A DNA stretch of 64,000 nucleotides from Mobula hypostoma (Eukaryota), in contig NC_086109.1 of assembly GCF_963921235.1 (NCBI RefSeq), forward strand, positions 20,710,001-20,774,000, in the 5' to 3' direction. The notes beneath the pieces are model-generated. The model saw only the letters and a program-made list of their open reading frames with translations, had not been told where the DNA came from and searched no databases. Shown piece after piece: positions 26,104 through 38,117 of the stretch. Each line of letters begins with the position of its first letter. The first letter of the stretch is position 1. The translations under genes and the position numbers were made by a program.

Positions 26104-27519
26104 TCGAAGCACTATTGCCATTTTCATTTGAAAACAAACTTTAGCGTCGTGGAACACACACAAAATGCTGGTGAAACGCAGCAGGCCAGGCAGCATCTAT
26201 AGGAAGGAGCACAGTCAACATTTCGAGCCGAGACCCTGTTGTCCTAGGGATCATTTACGGGAATATTAACCCCAACCTCCTCTCTCTGTAGCTGTTGCTG
26301 GCTATAACGTCCATGTTCTTCTTATTTAGACTAGTTCCAGCAATAAAACCTGGATTTTCCAGCAGAGTGCAGTAAGTCAGATCCTTCTCCCTCCAGGATT
26401 CATGCTTCCTGTATGATGACACTGCGACCTTGACGGAAAACATACAATAAAAGATTCCTGAGATTGTATACATAAGAATATATTGTGTCTCAAGATTCTT
26501 CTCACGAGAATAAGTAAACAACAATTAATATTGCATCAGAATGGAGAAAGATCTGAAAACTTAGCCAAAGAGCTAGTTTTTGCAAGTACTTAAAATGGGG
26601 GAGAAAGTAAGTTATAAGGAAATTACTGGGCTTCTGACTCTCTTTCTCTTTCATTTTTCTCAATGTGTTGTTTTAAGCAATCACCCCTATAGTCTCTCCT
26701 TTGACTCGGGAGTTACTTCTGCCCCCATATATGTGTAAACCTCCATAAGACGAGTTCATATGTTAAAGATAAAATATCATTCAGTGCAGTTTTTTCTGGG
26801 GAAGAAACAACTTTACTTTCCTGGGAAATGCATGTGCCTTGGCAAGTCACCTGATTGAGGTTGCTGATGCACATTTCTTTGTCATGAAGCACGACCACTA
26901 GTAGTTTAGATGACCAGTTAGACAAATATTTCAGTGTCTGATTATACTTCTAAGTTTCAGATTTCATACAGGAAAATTATCATTTCGTGCAATTTGTAGC
27001 AGCATGATATCATCCCAGAATGCTCTTAACAAGTTTGTAATGACTATTTTTTTGAAGAAGGCCTTGCACTCAAAAGTTCAAAGTAAATTTATTATCAAAG
27101 TACATATATGTCACCATTTAGATTCATTTTCTCACTGGCATGTACAGAAATAAAGAATTACAATAGAACTTATGAAAAACTGTAAATTACAAAGATTGAC
27201 AAACAACCAATGTGCAGGAGAACACAAATCATGCAAATAATTAATAAGTCAATAATAATACTGATTTGTAGTTTGATGATTGGGAGAACGGATGGTATTC
27301 TTTGAATGTGATTCTTACATAGTTAGCAGCTAGTTAGAAAACCACTTCCCTGATTTTCTCAAAGAACTACCTGCTGTGTTCCTGTGTAAACCATGTGGCA
27401 CTAAAGTCTGACATGGTTAAAGAAAAAAGTTTGCAGTCCAGGAAGCAAGGTCAAATTTAACACTCTCTGCTAGAAAATCCAATTTGTAACTGTTTTTGCT
27501 GGAACTAATAAAAAATGCA

Positions 27520-28590
27520 GAACGCAACATAGCTTAGCAAGCGATCCGCAATCAGGTTTCAATTCCCATCACTGTCTGTAAGGAGTTTGGAAATTCTCCC
27601 TGTGACCATATGCGTTTCCTCTGGGTGTTCCCTTGCACTGAACATCAGTAAGGTCAAAGAACTGATCTTGAACTTCAGAAAGGATAAGATGAGAGAACTC
27701 ACACCAGTCCTCAGAGAGAGATCAGAAGTGGAAAGAGAGAGCAATCTCAAGTTCCTGGTTATCAATATCACTGAGGATCTAACCTGGACCCAACATATCG
27801 ATGCAGCTACAAAGAAGGCACGACAGGGGCTATATTTGCATTAGGAGTTTGAGGAGATTTGGTATGTCACCAAAGACACAAATTTCTACAGATGTACCGC
27901 AGAGAGCATTTTAACTAGCTCCATCACCGTCTGTTATGGGGAGGGGTGCTACGGCACAGGATCGAAATAAGCTGCAGAGTTGTAAACTCAGTCAGCTCCA
28001 TTGTGAGGATTAGCCTCCAGAGTATCCAAGACACCTTCAAGGAGCAATGCCTCAAAAAGGTGGCATCCATCATTAAGGATTCCCATCACGCAGGTTCTCA
28101 TTACTACCACAGGAAGGAGGTACAGAAGCCTGAAGGCACACACTCAACGATTCCCAAACAGATTCTTCCTCTCTGCCATCCAATTTCTCCATGGACATTG
28201 AACCCATGAACAGTACCTCACTCTCACTATTTCTTTTTATTTTTGCATCACTTATTTAATTTAACTATTTTAAAATATATACTCTGACTATAATTCACAT
28301 TTTCTTCCATTATTATGTATTGCATTGTACTGCTGCCGCAGAGACAACAAATTTCACCACATATGCCAGTGAGATTGACCTGATTCTGATTCCAGTTTCC
28401 TCCCACCTTCTAAAGACGTATGGCTCATGGGTTGGTAACTAGTTGGCAGCTGGCACTGAGAGCATGACAACACTTGTGGGCTGTCCAGAGCAGATTCTCA
28501 GACTGTGTTGGTCTTTGACACAAACATCTCCTTTCCCTGTATGTTTTGATGTACTTGTGACAAATAAAGTTAATCTTTCTATCGTTTTTT
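27520..28590 (+). mobile_element. tRNA-derived SINE split by a Rex/Babar-like LINE fragment (about 27632-28392)
   Basis: B-box GTTTCAATTCC and V-domain-like GTTTCCTCTGGGTGTTCC at the left; the SINE resumes as TTCCAGTTTCCTCCCAC at about 28390. Confidence 0.7.
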
Positions 28591-28599
28591 GTCAACTAA

Positions 28600-29070
28600 A
28601 AGTCAAAGAAGTAAATGTATCATTAAAGTGCATTTATGACACCATATACTAACTTGAGATTCATTTTCTTGCAGCAGTTACAGGAAAATAAAGATATACA
28701 ATAGAATTTATGTAAAACCATGCAAAAACAAAGACAACCAATGTCCAAAAGACAAATTGTGCAAATCTTGGTTTATAGATACAGTGGATAGACAATAATA
28801 TTGAGAACATGAGCTGTAGAGTCTTTGAAAGTGAGTTCATAGGTTGTGAAATCAGTTCAGAGTAGTGGTGAATGAAGTTATCCACACTGGTTCAGGAGCC
28901 TGATAGTTGTAGGGGTAATAACTGTTCCTGAAACTAGTGGTGTGGCACCAAAGGCTGCTGTACCTCCTGTTCAAAATTTGTAGTGAGAAGAGAGCGTGGT
29001 CTGGATAGTGGAGGTTCCTGATGATGGATGCTGCTTTCTTGTGGCAGCGCCCCATGTAAATGTACTCAAA
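28600..29070 (-). mobile_element. Rex/Babar-like LINE 3' fragment
   Basis: ORF remnant CHKKAASIIRNLHYPDHALFSL and the shared 3'UTR. Confidence 0.75.
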
Positions 29071-29303
29071 GCTGGGGGTTATGGAAAATCCTTCTCAGAT
29101 TTGGCTGCAATCAGAGACATTGTTTCTTTTGTTATTTGCTTGATGATGAAACAAAAGCATGATTTTAGCCAACAGGACCACCAAAGCCAAATCCCAGTAC
29201 AGACTGATATCAAACAAGATTTTCTTCCTGTCCAAACCTTCTATCTTCTTGTGAAAATGTTGCACTTTAACAAGCTCCCCACTTCAGTGGAGCTAATCTA
29301 CAG

Positions 29304-30039
29304 CAGGGGTTCCCAACCATTTTTGCACCGCGGACCGGTTTTAATATTGACAATATTCTTGTGGACCAGCCGACCGGGGAGTGGTGTTCAAGTCGGGTTA
29401 AACTCACCTCAACATGTCTTTTACAGTTAGGGTTGCCAACTTACTCACTCCCAAATAAGGGACAAAAGTAGCAGTCAAATCCTGGGACACTTTACCCCAG
29501 GGAAGACTACCATGACCATGAAGCCTTGAGCGGGCACCTGTGTGCGCACGTGTACAGGCTGAATTTTTCACCCACAAATCGGTTTTGCCTTCATCTTCCC
29601 GACTATACTGTACATACATTATTGCTACTTTATATAGGCTGTGTATTTATCATATCATTCCTGCTTTTACTATGGTTAGTGTTATTTATTTTCATTTTTA
29701 TGTGTTATTTGGTATGGTTATTTTTTGGGTCTGGGAACGCTCAAAAAACTTTCCCATATGAATCAATGGTAATTGCTTCTTTGCTTCGCTCCATTTCGGC
29801 ACGAAAGGTTTCATAGGAATGCTCTATCTTAGCTGGGGAAATTCGGGACAAACCAATTTAGCCCAATATAGGGGATGTCCTGGCAAATATGAGACAGTTG
29901 GCAACCCTATGTTCAAGTTCAACAGTGTGTGACAGGGAATGAGGAAAGGTGCAGCTGACTCATATCGTTTCCTCAAGGCCCGGTAGCACGTGCTTTGGGG
30001 CCCGGGACCGGTCCGCGGCTCGGTGGTTGGGGACTGCTG
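29304..30039. mobile_element. hAT (Charlie/Buster-type) non-autonomous composite MITE
   Basis: TIRs CAGGGGTTCCCAACC / GGTTGGGGACTGCTG; perfect 8-bp TSD ATCTACAG at 29296-29303 and 30040-30047; an internal second TIR pair TAGGGTTGCCAAC at 29428 / GTTGGCAACCCTA ending at 29909. Confidence 0.88.
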
Positions 30040-30049
30040 ATCTACAGGA

Positions 30050-30950
30050 TAAATGGGAAACAGTTCAATCTTCACGCATCTCCTCTCTGGAGCCAAAGTC
30101 CCTCCAACGTGATTCATTAAGGTGTAATACACAGTGCTTGCATACATACATGTCAACATTGACTCCTTCACTGAACTACCTGACATTAAATGACCACTTG
30201 ACAAAGCTCCTCCTCCAATCAACACCCACTACACAACAATGAAATAAAAATCCATAAAGAGACTGAGGAAAAAAATGTAGGTTACAATTCATACCTTGGA
30301 AACCTGCCAATGAAGGCAGATGTTTACTGCAAAACTCACCACCACTGTGCCGGTACAGATTTTAGTTGTCGGAGAAGAAGAGAGTTTGAAGATCAGGACC
30401 TCATACCTTGTTCCAGGTTCAATCTCCTTGGCAACAGTCATCCTGCCCTCCTGCATCCTTTGAAGAAATGAACTTCTTACAGCAGAACCCCAAAACACTG
30501 GAGAGGTAAACATTGGCAGGAAAACAAACATCAACCCCCCACCACTGGCGAGGCTCTAACAAACTTCGATTGGCACGCCACATTGTTTGCATACCCGACA
30601 CTAGCTTTCCAAAGCAGGCACTGTAACACATTTCCAGGAGAATGAAACATGCCTCGAAGATTTTCTTGAAGCCTCTGTTAAAAAATACAACCGCTTCACC
30701 ACCTCATGGGAACCTCCAGGCCACTCATAATGGAGAAGGTGGAGAAAGCAACTGAGCATCTCAAGTCTCTGTGACGAGGCCAAGCAGAAATGGCAGAGGG
30801 AGAACAGAATCTCCCAAACCAACTAACCACCTGACCAGCCCCACTCACACCGGTGGCAGAAGCAGCTGATCGTGCTAGGCCTTACAGTCGCTTGTGAATC
30901 CTAACTGGAGTGGCAACAAGCTTTCTTCAATTCTTCAAAGAGACTGCCTA
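30050..30950 (+). mobile_element. Old RTE-type LINE remnant
   Basis: Degraded C-terminal RTE-like segment (LRLARHIVCIPDTSFPKQAL-like). Confidence 0.5.
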
Positions 30951-31224
30951 ACAAAAACAGAGTATTGAATCAGTCAGAACAAGAAGACTCAAGTTTAATT
31001 ATCCTAACATGAAATGATAATTCTTGGCTTTTCTTCTCAATATAGTCTACCTCCTTAAAATTCCTCTCCACCCTCAACATTCGCAATAAGATGAAAAGCT
31101 CACAAACAATTAGCATTAAGGTTAACAACCCATTCAGTTGCCTTTACAACACCCCTTCATTCTCCATCAAGCCCAGGATTACCACCTCACTGCCTAAAAC
31201 TTAAACACATATCTTTCTTTTCTA

Positions 31225-32114
31225 CGCAAACAACAGGAATTCTGCAGATGCTGGAAATTCAAGCAACATACATCAAAGTTGCTGGTAAACGCAGCAGGCC
31301 AAGCAGCATCTATAGGAAGAGGCGCAGTCGACGTTTCAGGCCGAGACCCTTCGTCAGGACTAACTGAAGGAAGAGTGAGTAAGGGATTTGAAAGCTGGAG
31401 GGGGGGGGGTTCCCTGTGAGTCGACTGGGGTGATATACTGCGTCCGGTGCTCCCGATGTGGCCTTTTATATATTGGTGAGACCCGACGCAGACTGGGAGA
31501 CCGCTTTGCTGAACATCTACGCTCTGTCCGCCAGAGAAAGCAGGATCTCCCAGTGGCCACACATTTTAATTCCACATCCCATTCCCATTCTGACATGTCT
31601 ATCCACGGCCTCCTCTACTGTAAAGATGAAGCCACACTCAGGTTGGAGGAACAACACCTTATATTCCGTCTGGGTAGCCTCCAACCTGATGGCATGAACA
31701 TTGACTTCTCTAACTTCTGCTAGGCCCCACCTCCCCCTCGTACCCCAGCTGTTACTCATTTTTATGCACACATTCTTTCTCTCACTCTCCTTTTTCTCCC
31801 TCTGTCCCTCTGAATATACCTCTTGCCCATCCTCTGGGTCACCCCCCCCCGTCTTTCTTCCCGGACATCCTGTCCCATGATCCTCTCGTATCCCCTTTTG
31901 CCTATCACCTGTCCAGCTCTCGGCTCTATCCCTCCCCCTCCTGTCTTCTCCTATCATTTTGCATCTCCCCCTCCCCCTCCAGCTTTCAAATCCCTTACTC
32001 ACTCTTCCTTCAGTTAGTCCTGATGAAGGGTCTCGGCCTGAAACGTCGACTGCGCCTCTTCCTATAGATGCTGCTTGGCCTGCTGCGTTTACCAGCAACT
32101 TTGATGTATGTTGC
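31225..32114 (+). mobile_element. Young Penelope-like element: GIY-YIG endonuclease C-terminus between inverted terminal arms
   Basis: ORF 31388-31723 reads GVIYCVRCSRCGLLYIGETRRRLGDRFAEH...EQHLIFRLGSLQPDGMNIDF. Near-perfect inverted arms at about 31262-31405 and 31972-32114; 13-bp TSD TCTTTCTTTTCTA at 31212-31224 and 32115-32127. Confidence 0.93.
32015..32052 (+). ncRNA. Minimal type I hammerhead ribozyme motif (best copy); inverted twin at 31325-31362
   Basis: TAGTC-CTGATGA-AGG GTCTCGG CCT-GAAA-CG-TC-GACTG: both conserved core boxes, stem II, stem I (TAGTC/GACTG) and a palindromic ACGT in place of stem III. Predicted GUC cleavage after 32047. Activity is not shown. Confidence 0.8.
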
Positions 32115-35100
32115 TCTTTCTTTTCTATCTCTTCATAACCGTACCAAGTTCATAAGGCACATCTCCTGCTCAAAACCGAATACGCATATGACCACTCAAT
32201 GTTTCTTCCCGCTTGCAAGGCCAATGTTTATGTTTGGCTACTTTCATGACTTTAACACATCACAAAACAATTGTGTGGTCAGTGTTGTATCATGGGAAAT
32301 GTAGAGCTCGGCAGGGTTTCTCAACAGCTGTTACAACACACACCCAACTGTGTCAGCTTCCAGGGTTTAGACGTTCTACCTCTCTGGAGTATGGATAGTT
32401 GGCATGGCCCTATTAAAGATTCAGGCCGCCCCACTAATTAGCAGCCATGTTTTGGCACTAGGATTTAATATTTAAAGAGCACCTGAACTGAGGTTCAGTG
32501 CTCAATTGTCAGCTGAGTTTTGGATTCCCACCTAGCACCTAGTTTAGGGCCCTGTCTTTGTCATTTCAGTCTTGTATCGTGCCTCCACTCTGGTCTTGGA
32601 TACCCCAGTACTTGGGTCTTACCCCTTCCTCACCCAAGACTCTCGTCACAGTATAATTGAGCCAACATGGACCCAGCGGGGAGAAAGTTTCAAGACTGTA
32701 GATGCATGGCCTCAAGGTCGCCATGTGCCAGTGATCGCAGGGAGGAAGCCAGAGTCACTCGGGTGAGGCTGTCTGTCGCTCTGCTGCGCCCGTCTACCTT
32801 CTGACCCCCAAGAGATTCGGCGGTGACCTGGGCTCTTGCTGCGGCTTCCATACTCAATGGTCATTGGTATTTGAGCTCCAGCTGGCCTAGAAGGTGGCCT
32901 TCATGATCTCTCTCTTGGCTGGGAAAACTTGGCCTGGGTCACCATGCATTGGAAGCAAAGGTCAGAGATTTGCTCGGATTCAAAGGGGTGCATGGCCGCC
33001 ACAAGGGGAGTGTTCCATCATCCCAATGGAGCTAACCGAGCCTCAGGCCATCTGATGAAGGTGCATCGGGGCAGTTGGTCGGCAGCTGACTACGCCATTG
33101 AGTTTTGGACTTTGGCCCAGGAGAATGGCTGGAACGGGGAGGCCTTGGTCACCCTATACTGCCACCGACTCTGAGGCGAGCTAAAGGATGCCCTTGTCTT
33201 GGGCAGCTGGTAGAAGACTTAGATCCTCAGATTGCTCAGTCTATTTGCCTTGATAATCACCAGGCGGAGCAAGAGTGGGAATTCCTCAAGGGGTCAAAGG
33301 GGGCTAGCCCAAGCCCGGCCTCAATGCATCACTTATTGCCCCCAACCTCGGACAATGACCAGCCTGTCTCCTCCGCAGGATTTGTGGAGCCCGTGCAAAT
33401 CCGCTGCATAAGAATCTCCGCCGATGAGAGGTTCCGGTGTCAGAGATGAGGTTGCTCCTATTACTGCGGGGAAGCAGGTCACCTGTGGGCCGGATGTCCG
33501 AAGCTTCGGCTGTTGGAAGAACTGTTAAGGCCATCCAGTATCGGGAGGACAGTGACAGTAGCTGCCACTACTCCCAACCTGACAAGATTTTGGTGTCACG
33601 CTGAGAGAAGAGACCTCCAGGGGTAAAAACTGACAGGAGATGAATGGCTTTTTTTGGACTCTGGGGCAGCTGGAAATTTCCTGGACTTGGGGACTGCCCG
33701 TCAGCTCAACATTCCACTGCAGGAGTTGAGACAGCCCATGTCCACAACTGTCCTAATGGACATCCACTTGGCTGCGAGCAGATCCTGCAGCAGACCTTGG
33801 TCTTGCAGATGAAGATAGAGGATCATGCAGAGGACATTAGTTTCTATGTCATTGATCTCCTCACATACCCCTGATCCTTGGGGACCTTTGGCTGTCCCAG
33901 CATAATCCTTTGGTGAACTTGAAGGAATGAAGGATCATATCACAGTCCAGTCGCTGCAAGTAGGCATGTTTTTGGCTTGGTGTTCCGACCCCCAGACTCT
34001 CCTGAGAACAGCGGCCGACAAGGGTGGCGGGGGCAGACTTCTCTTCGGGGTAACCTGAAGCCTTCAGGAAACCCAGCCCTGCCTTTGAGGGCAAACAAGC
34101 CGGCTCCAGCCAATAGGTCTGTGCGAGTCCTGACCCTGTCCACTCAGGAGTTCGCTGGAACTAGATCTCTAGCTCAGGAGCAAGCCAAAGAGAGGCCCAA
34201 GCAGTCTGGAACTCCAGCAGCTAGGCCAAAGAGCTCCAGTTGCCAGGTCCCGTCTAAGGAAAAGGCTCCAAAATGGAGACCCTTGGCACCTAGTCCCAGG
34301 AGCATAAGAACCAGTAGCTGGCCTCGCTGTTGATGTCTGAGGATACAGGCAAGGACTTGGACTTTGATTTGGCCTCTGTTTTCACTAAAGACTCTTGTAA
34401 ACCTATGGAGGAGACTCTGGGGTCTGCCGACTCACCACCGCTAACATAGGAGCCTCAGGAGTCATCCTCGGAGGAAGGTTCGAGGGTAATTGCAGCACCC
34501 AAGCATGGAGAAATCCCTTCCATTTACAAGAATTTGGAAGAGGTTTTCAGCAAGGGAAAGAACTTAACTCTTCCACCATACCAAACCTACGACTCTACTG
34601 CCTGGTACTTGTCCTCCGTGGGGTCAATTATACACACTCTCAGGACCTGTCAGAGGTGATATGGAGAAGTATATAAAGGAGGCTCTGACCTGGGATTCAA
34701 TCGGCTCTCCACCTCTCCAGCTGGCGCTGGCTTCTTCATCACACAGAAAAAGGACGGGAGCCTGTAACCATGCATTGATTATAGAAGGCCTAATTGCATA
34801 ATGGTGAAGAATCGTTACCCTCTTCTGCTCATGAACACTGCCTTAGAGATTCTCCAAGGGCAAGTTTCCTCAAAGCTAGACTTGCAGAGTGTGTACAATC
34901 TCCTTCCCATAAGGAGGCTGATGAGCAAAAGACAGCATTCAACTCAATGACAGGGCACAGTGAGCACTTAGTCATGCCCCTTGGCCTTGCCAGCAGTTTT
35001 CCAGGCCTTTATAAATGACATGTTCCAGGATGCTCTTCATAGTACACCTTCGTCTACTTGGACAACATCCTAATTTTCTCGAAGTCCGTGGAGAAACACC

Positions 35101-36778
35101 TCGCTCACGTCAGAGATATCCAAAAGAGGCTTCTGTTCATGGACTTTACATCAAACTGGAAAAGTCCAAATTTCATAGAACCACCATTTCATTTTTGGGC
35201 TTCTTCATCATCTCTAATGGCAATTTCAAGATGGGCCCGAATAAGAAACAGGCAGTCGGAGACTGGTCACAACCATCCAGTGTGAAAAAAGTCAAATGAT
35301 TCCTGGTACCGAAAGTTCATCAGAAGCTTCAGCACAGTGGTGGCTCTGCTGACAGCGCTAACTAAGAGATCCACGGGCCCTTTTGTTTGGACTACCAAAG
35401 CGGAGGCTGCTTTTGCAGATCTCAAACGGCGGTTCAGGACGTCACCCATTTTGGTTGCACCTAACCCAGACCTTCCCTTCATCATGGAGGAGGACACCTC
35501 GGACGTCAGAGTGGGTGCAGTGTTGTCTCAACAGACACTTTCGGACAACAAACTGCACTCACGTGTATTCTTTTCCAGGTAGCTATCCCCGGCAGAGGTA
35601 AAGTACAACGTTGGAAATAGAGAGCTGCTCGCATTCAAGTTGGCACTGGAGGAATGGCGTCACTGGTTGAGGGGGCCAAGAATCCTTTTATCGTACGGAC
35701 AGACCGCAAGAACCTGGCTCATATTCATGAGGCCAAGAGACTGGATTCCAGGCAGGCCAGGTAGTCTCTTTTCTTTCACTTCATCCTGATTTATCGACCA
35801 GGATCAAAGAAGCAGAAACCAGGTGCCTTGTCCCGTCATTTTTCCCCAAGCCAAGATGATAGTGCCAATTTGTTGGGGAATCGGCACACTTTTTTGCAAG
35901 ACCCAGGTGCAAGAGGAGATTCCTCAGAATGGCCCTCCAGATTGGCTGCTTGTTCCTAGTTCCATCCCGTCTCAGATTCTTCAATGGGAACATGCATCAA
36001 GAATGACCACTCACCCAGGGATTGCCAGGCCACTCCTGTTCATTAAGGGAAGATATTGGTGGCCTGGAATGGTGAGGGAGGTCCATCATTACGTGCAGGC
36101 ATGCGTGCTGTGCGCCTGGAACAAGGAGTCCTGCACCCAACCTCAAGGGCTTCTTCACCCTCTGCCTGTTCCAGAAAGACCAGGGGCACACATCTCCATG
36201 GACTTTGTCACAGGCCTTCCTCCTTCCAAGGAGAAGATTGTTATCATGGTAATTGTGAATGCAAATATCTCATCTTGGACAGACTATCATCTGCAGCAGA
36301 GATGGCTGAAATTGTCCTGCACCAGGTCATCAGTATTCATGGTTTTCCAATGGACATTGTATGGGATCACAGTCCAGAATTTGCATCACGCTTTTGGAGG
36401 GCATTCTGCAAGCTGACTGAAGGAACAACAACTCTTTCCTCTGGATTTCACCTGAAGTCCAATGGCCAAATGGAGCAGATAAACCAAGATTTGGAACAAA
36501 CCCTAAGATGCCTGGCCTTTGAAAGACTGGATGTGTATTTGATGTGAACAGAGGTCGCCCACAACACTTTATGGCATTCGACACATGGAATGTTCCCTTT
36601 TGAATGCCAGTTTAGGTATTCTCGGCCACTGTTCCCTGAGCAGGAGGCAGAGGTTTGGGCTCCAGCAGCCAAAGGTCTTGTCCAATGCTTCAAGGAGAAA
36701 TGAATTGGGACAAGGGAGATTTTGTTAGCTTCTACCTGCAAGGTTGACATAAAGGCTAACTATAAGAGAAGACAGGGA

Positions 36779-37902
36779 ACACACATCAAAGTTGCTGGTG
36801 AATGCAGCAGGCCAGGCAGCATCTCTAGAAAGAGGTACAGTCGACATTTCAGGCCGAGACCCTTCGTCAGGACTAACTGAAGGAAGAGCTAGTAAGAGAT
36901 TTGAAAGTGGGAGGGGGAGGGGAGATCCAAAATGATAGGAGAAGACAGGAGGGGGAGGGATGGAACCAAGAGCTGGACAGGTGATTGGCAAAAGGGGATA
37001 CGAGAGGATCATTGGACAGGAGGTCCGGGGAGAAAGACAAGTGGGAGGGGGAACCAGAGGATGGGCAAGGGGTATAGTCAGAGGGACAGAGGGAGAAAAA
37101 GGAGAGTGAGAGAAAGAATGTGTGTATAAAAATAAATAACGGATGGGGTACGAGGGGGAGGTGGGGCATTAGCGGAAGTTAGAGAAGTCAATGTTCCTGC
37201 CATCAGGTTGGAGGCTACCCAGACGGAATATAAGGTGTTGTTCCTCCAACCTGAGTGTGGCTTCATCTTTACAGTAGAGGAGGCCGTGGATAGACATGTC
37301 AGAATAGGAATGGGTCGTGGAATTAAAATATGTGGCCACTGGGAGATCCTGCTTTCTCTGGTGGACAGAGCATAGGTTTTCAGCAAAGCTGTCTCCCAGT
37401 CTATGTCGGGTCTCGCCAATATATAGAAGGCCACATCGGGAGCACCGGACGCAGTATATCACCCCAGCCGACTCACAGGTGAAGTGTCGCCTCACCCGGA
37501 AGGACTGTCTGGGGCCTTGAATGGTGGTAAGGGAGGAAGTGTAAGGGCGTGCATAGCACTTGTTCCGCTTACAAGGATAAGTGCCAGGAGGGAGATCAGT
37601 GGGGAGGGATGGGGGGGACGAAGGGACAAGGGAGTCGCGTAGGGAGCGATCCCTGCGGAAAGCGGGGGGGGGGAGGGAAAAATGTGCTTAGTGGTGGGAT
37701 CCCGTTGGAGGTGGCAGAAGTTACGGAGAATAATATGTTGGACCCAGAGGCTGGTGGGGTGGCAAGAGGATGGAGTGAGAGCAGATGTCCGTGAAATGGG
37801 GGAGCTGCGTTTGAGAGCAGAGTTGATAGTGGAGGAAGGGAAGCCCCGTTCTTTAAAAAAGGAGGACATCTCCCTCATCCTGGAATGAAAAGCCTCATCC
37901 TG
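36779..37902 (-). mobile_element. Penelope-like element (5'-truncated; RT end, GIY-YIG and terminal segment) inserted in the Gypsy integrase
   Basis: ORF 37169-37495 is GIY-YIG-like; 14-bp TSD AGAGAAGACAGGGA at 36765-36778 and 37903-37916; hammerhead motif at 36838-36875. Confidence 0.93.
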
Positions 37903-38117
37903 AGAGAAGACAGGGACCAGTTTTGCACCCTGGACAACACTGTCTGGCTGTCAACAAAGGATTTGCCTCTCACAGTGAAGTCTAGGTAATTGGCGCACAA
38001 GTTCTTTGAATTCTTCAAGATTCTCAAGAAACAAAACCCAGTGGCTCACACCTTGCAGCTTCCCAAATTCCACTTTCCACATTTCCAAATTAAAATCTGT
38101 GAACACCAGCACTTTAG

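Noticed and set aside
31517..32098. 193-aa minus-strand ORF and similar ORFs at 36725-37434 and 57259-58030
   Set aside because: Antisense or off-frame translations of Penelope terminal sequence.
32660..36760. Domesticated Sushi-derived gene (PEG10/RTL-like)
   Set aside because: There are numerous stops and frameshifts, both LTRs and the TSD are retained, and nested insertions disrupt it; this is a decaying retrotransposon.
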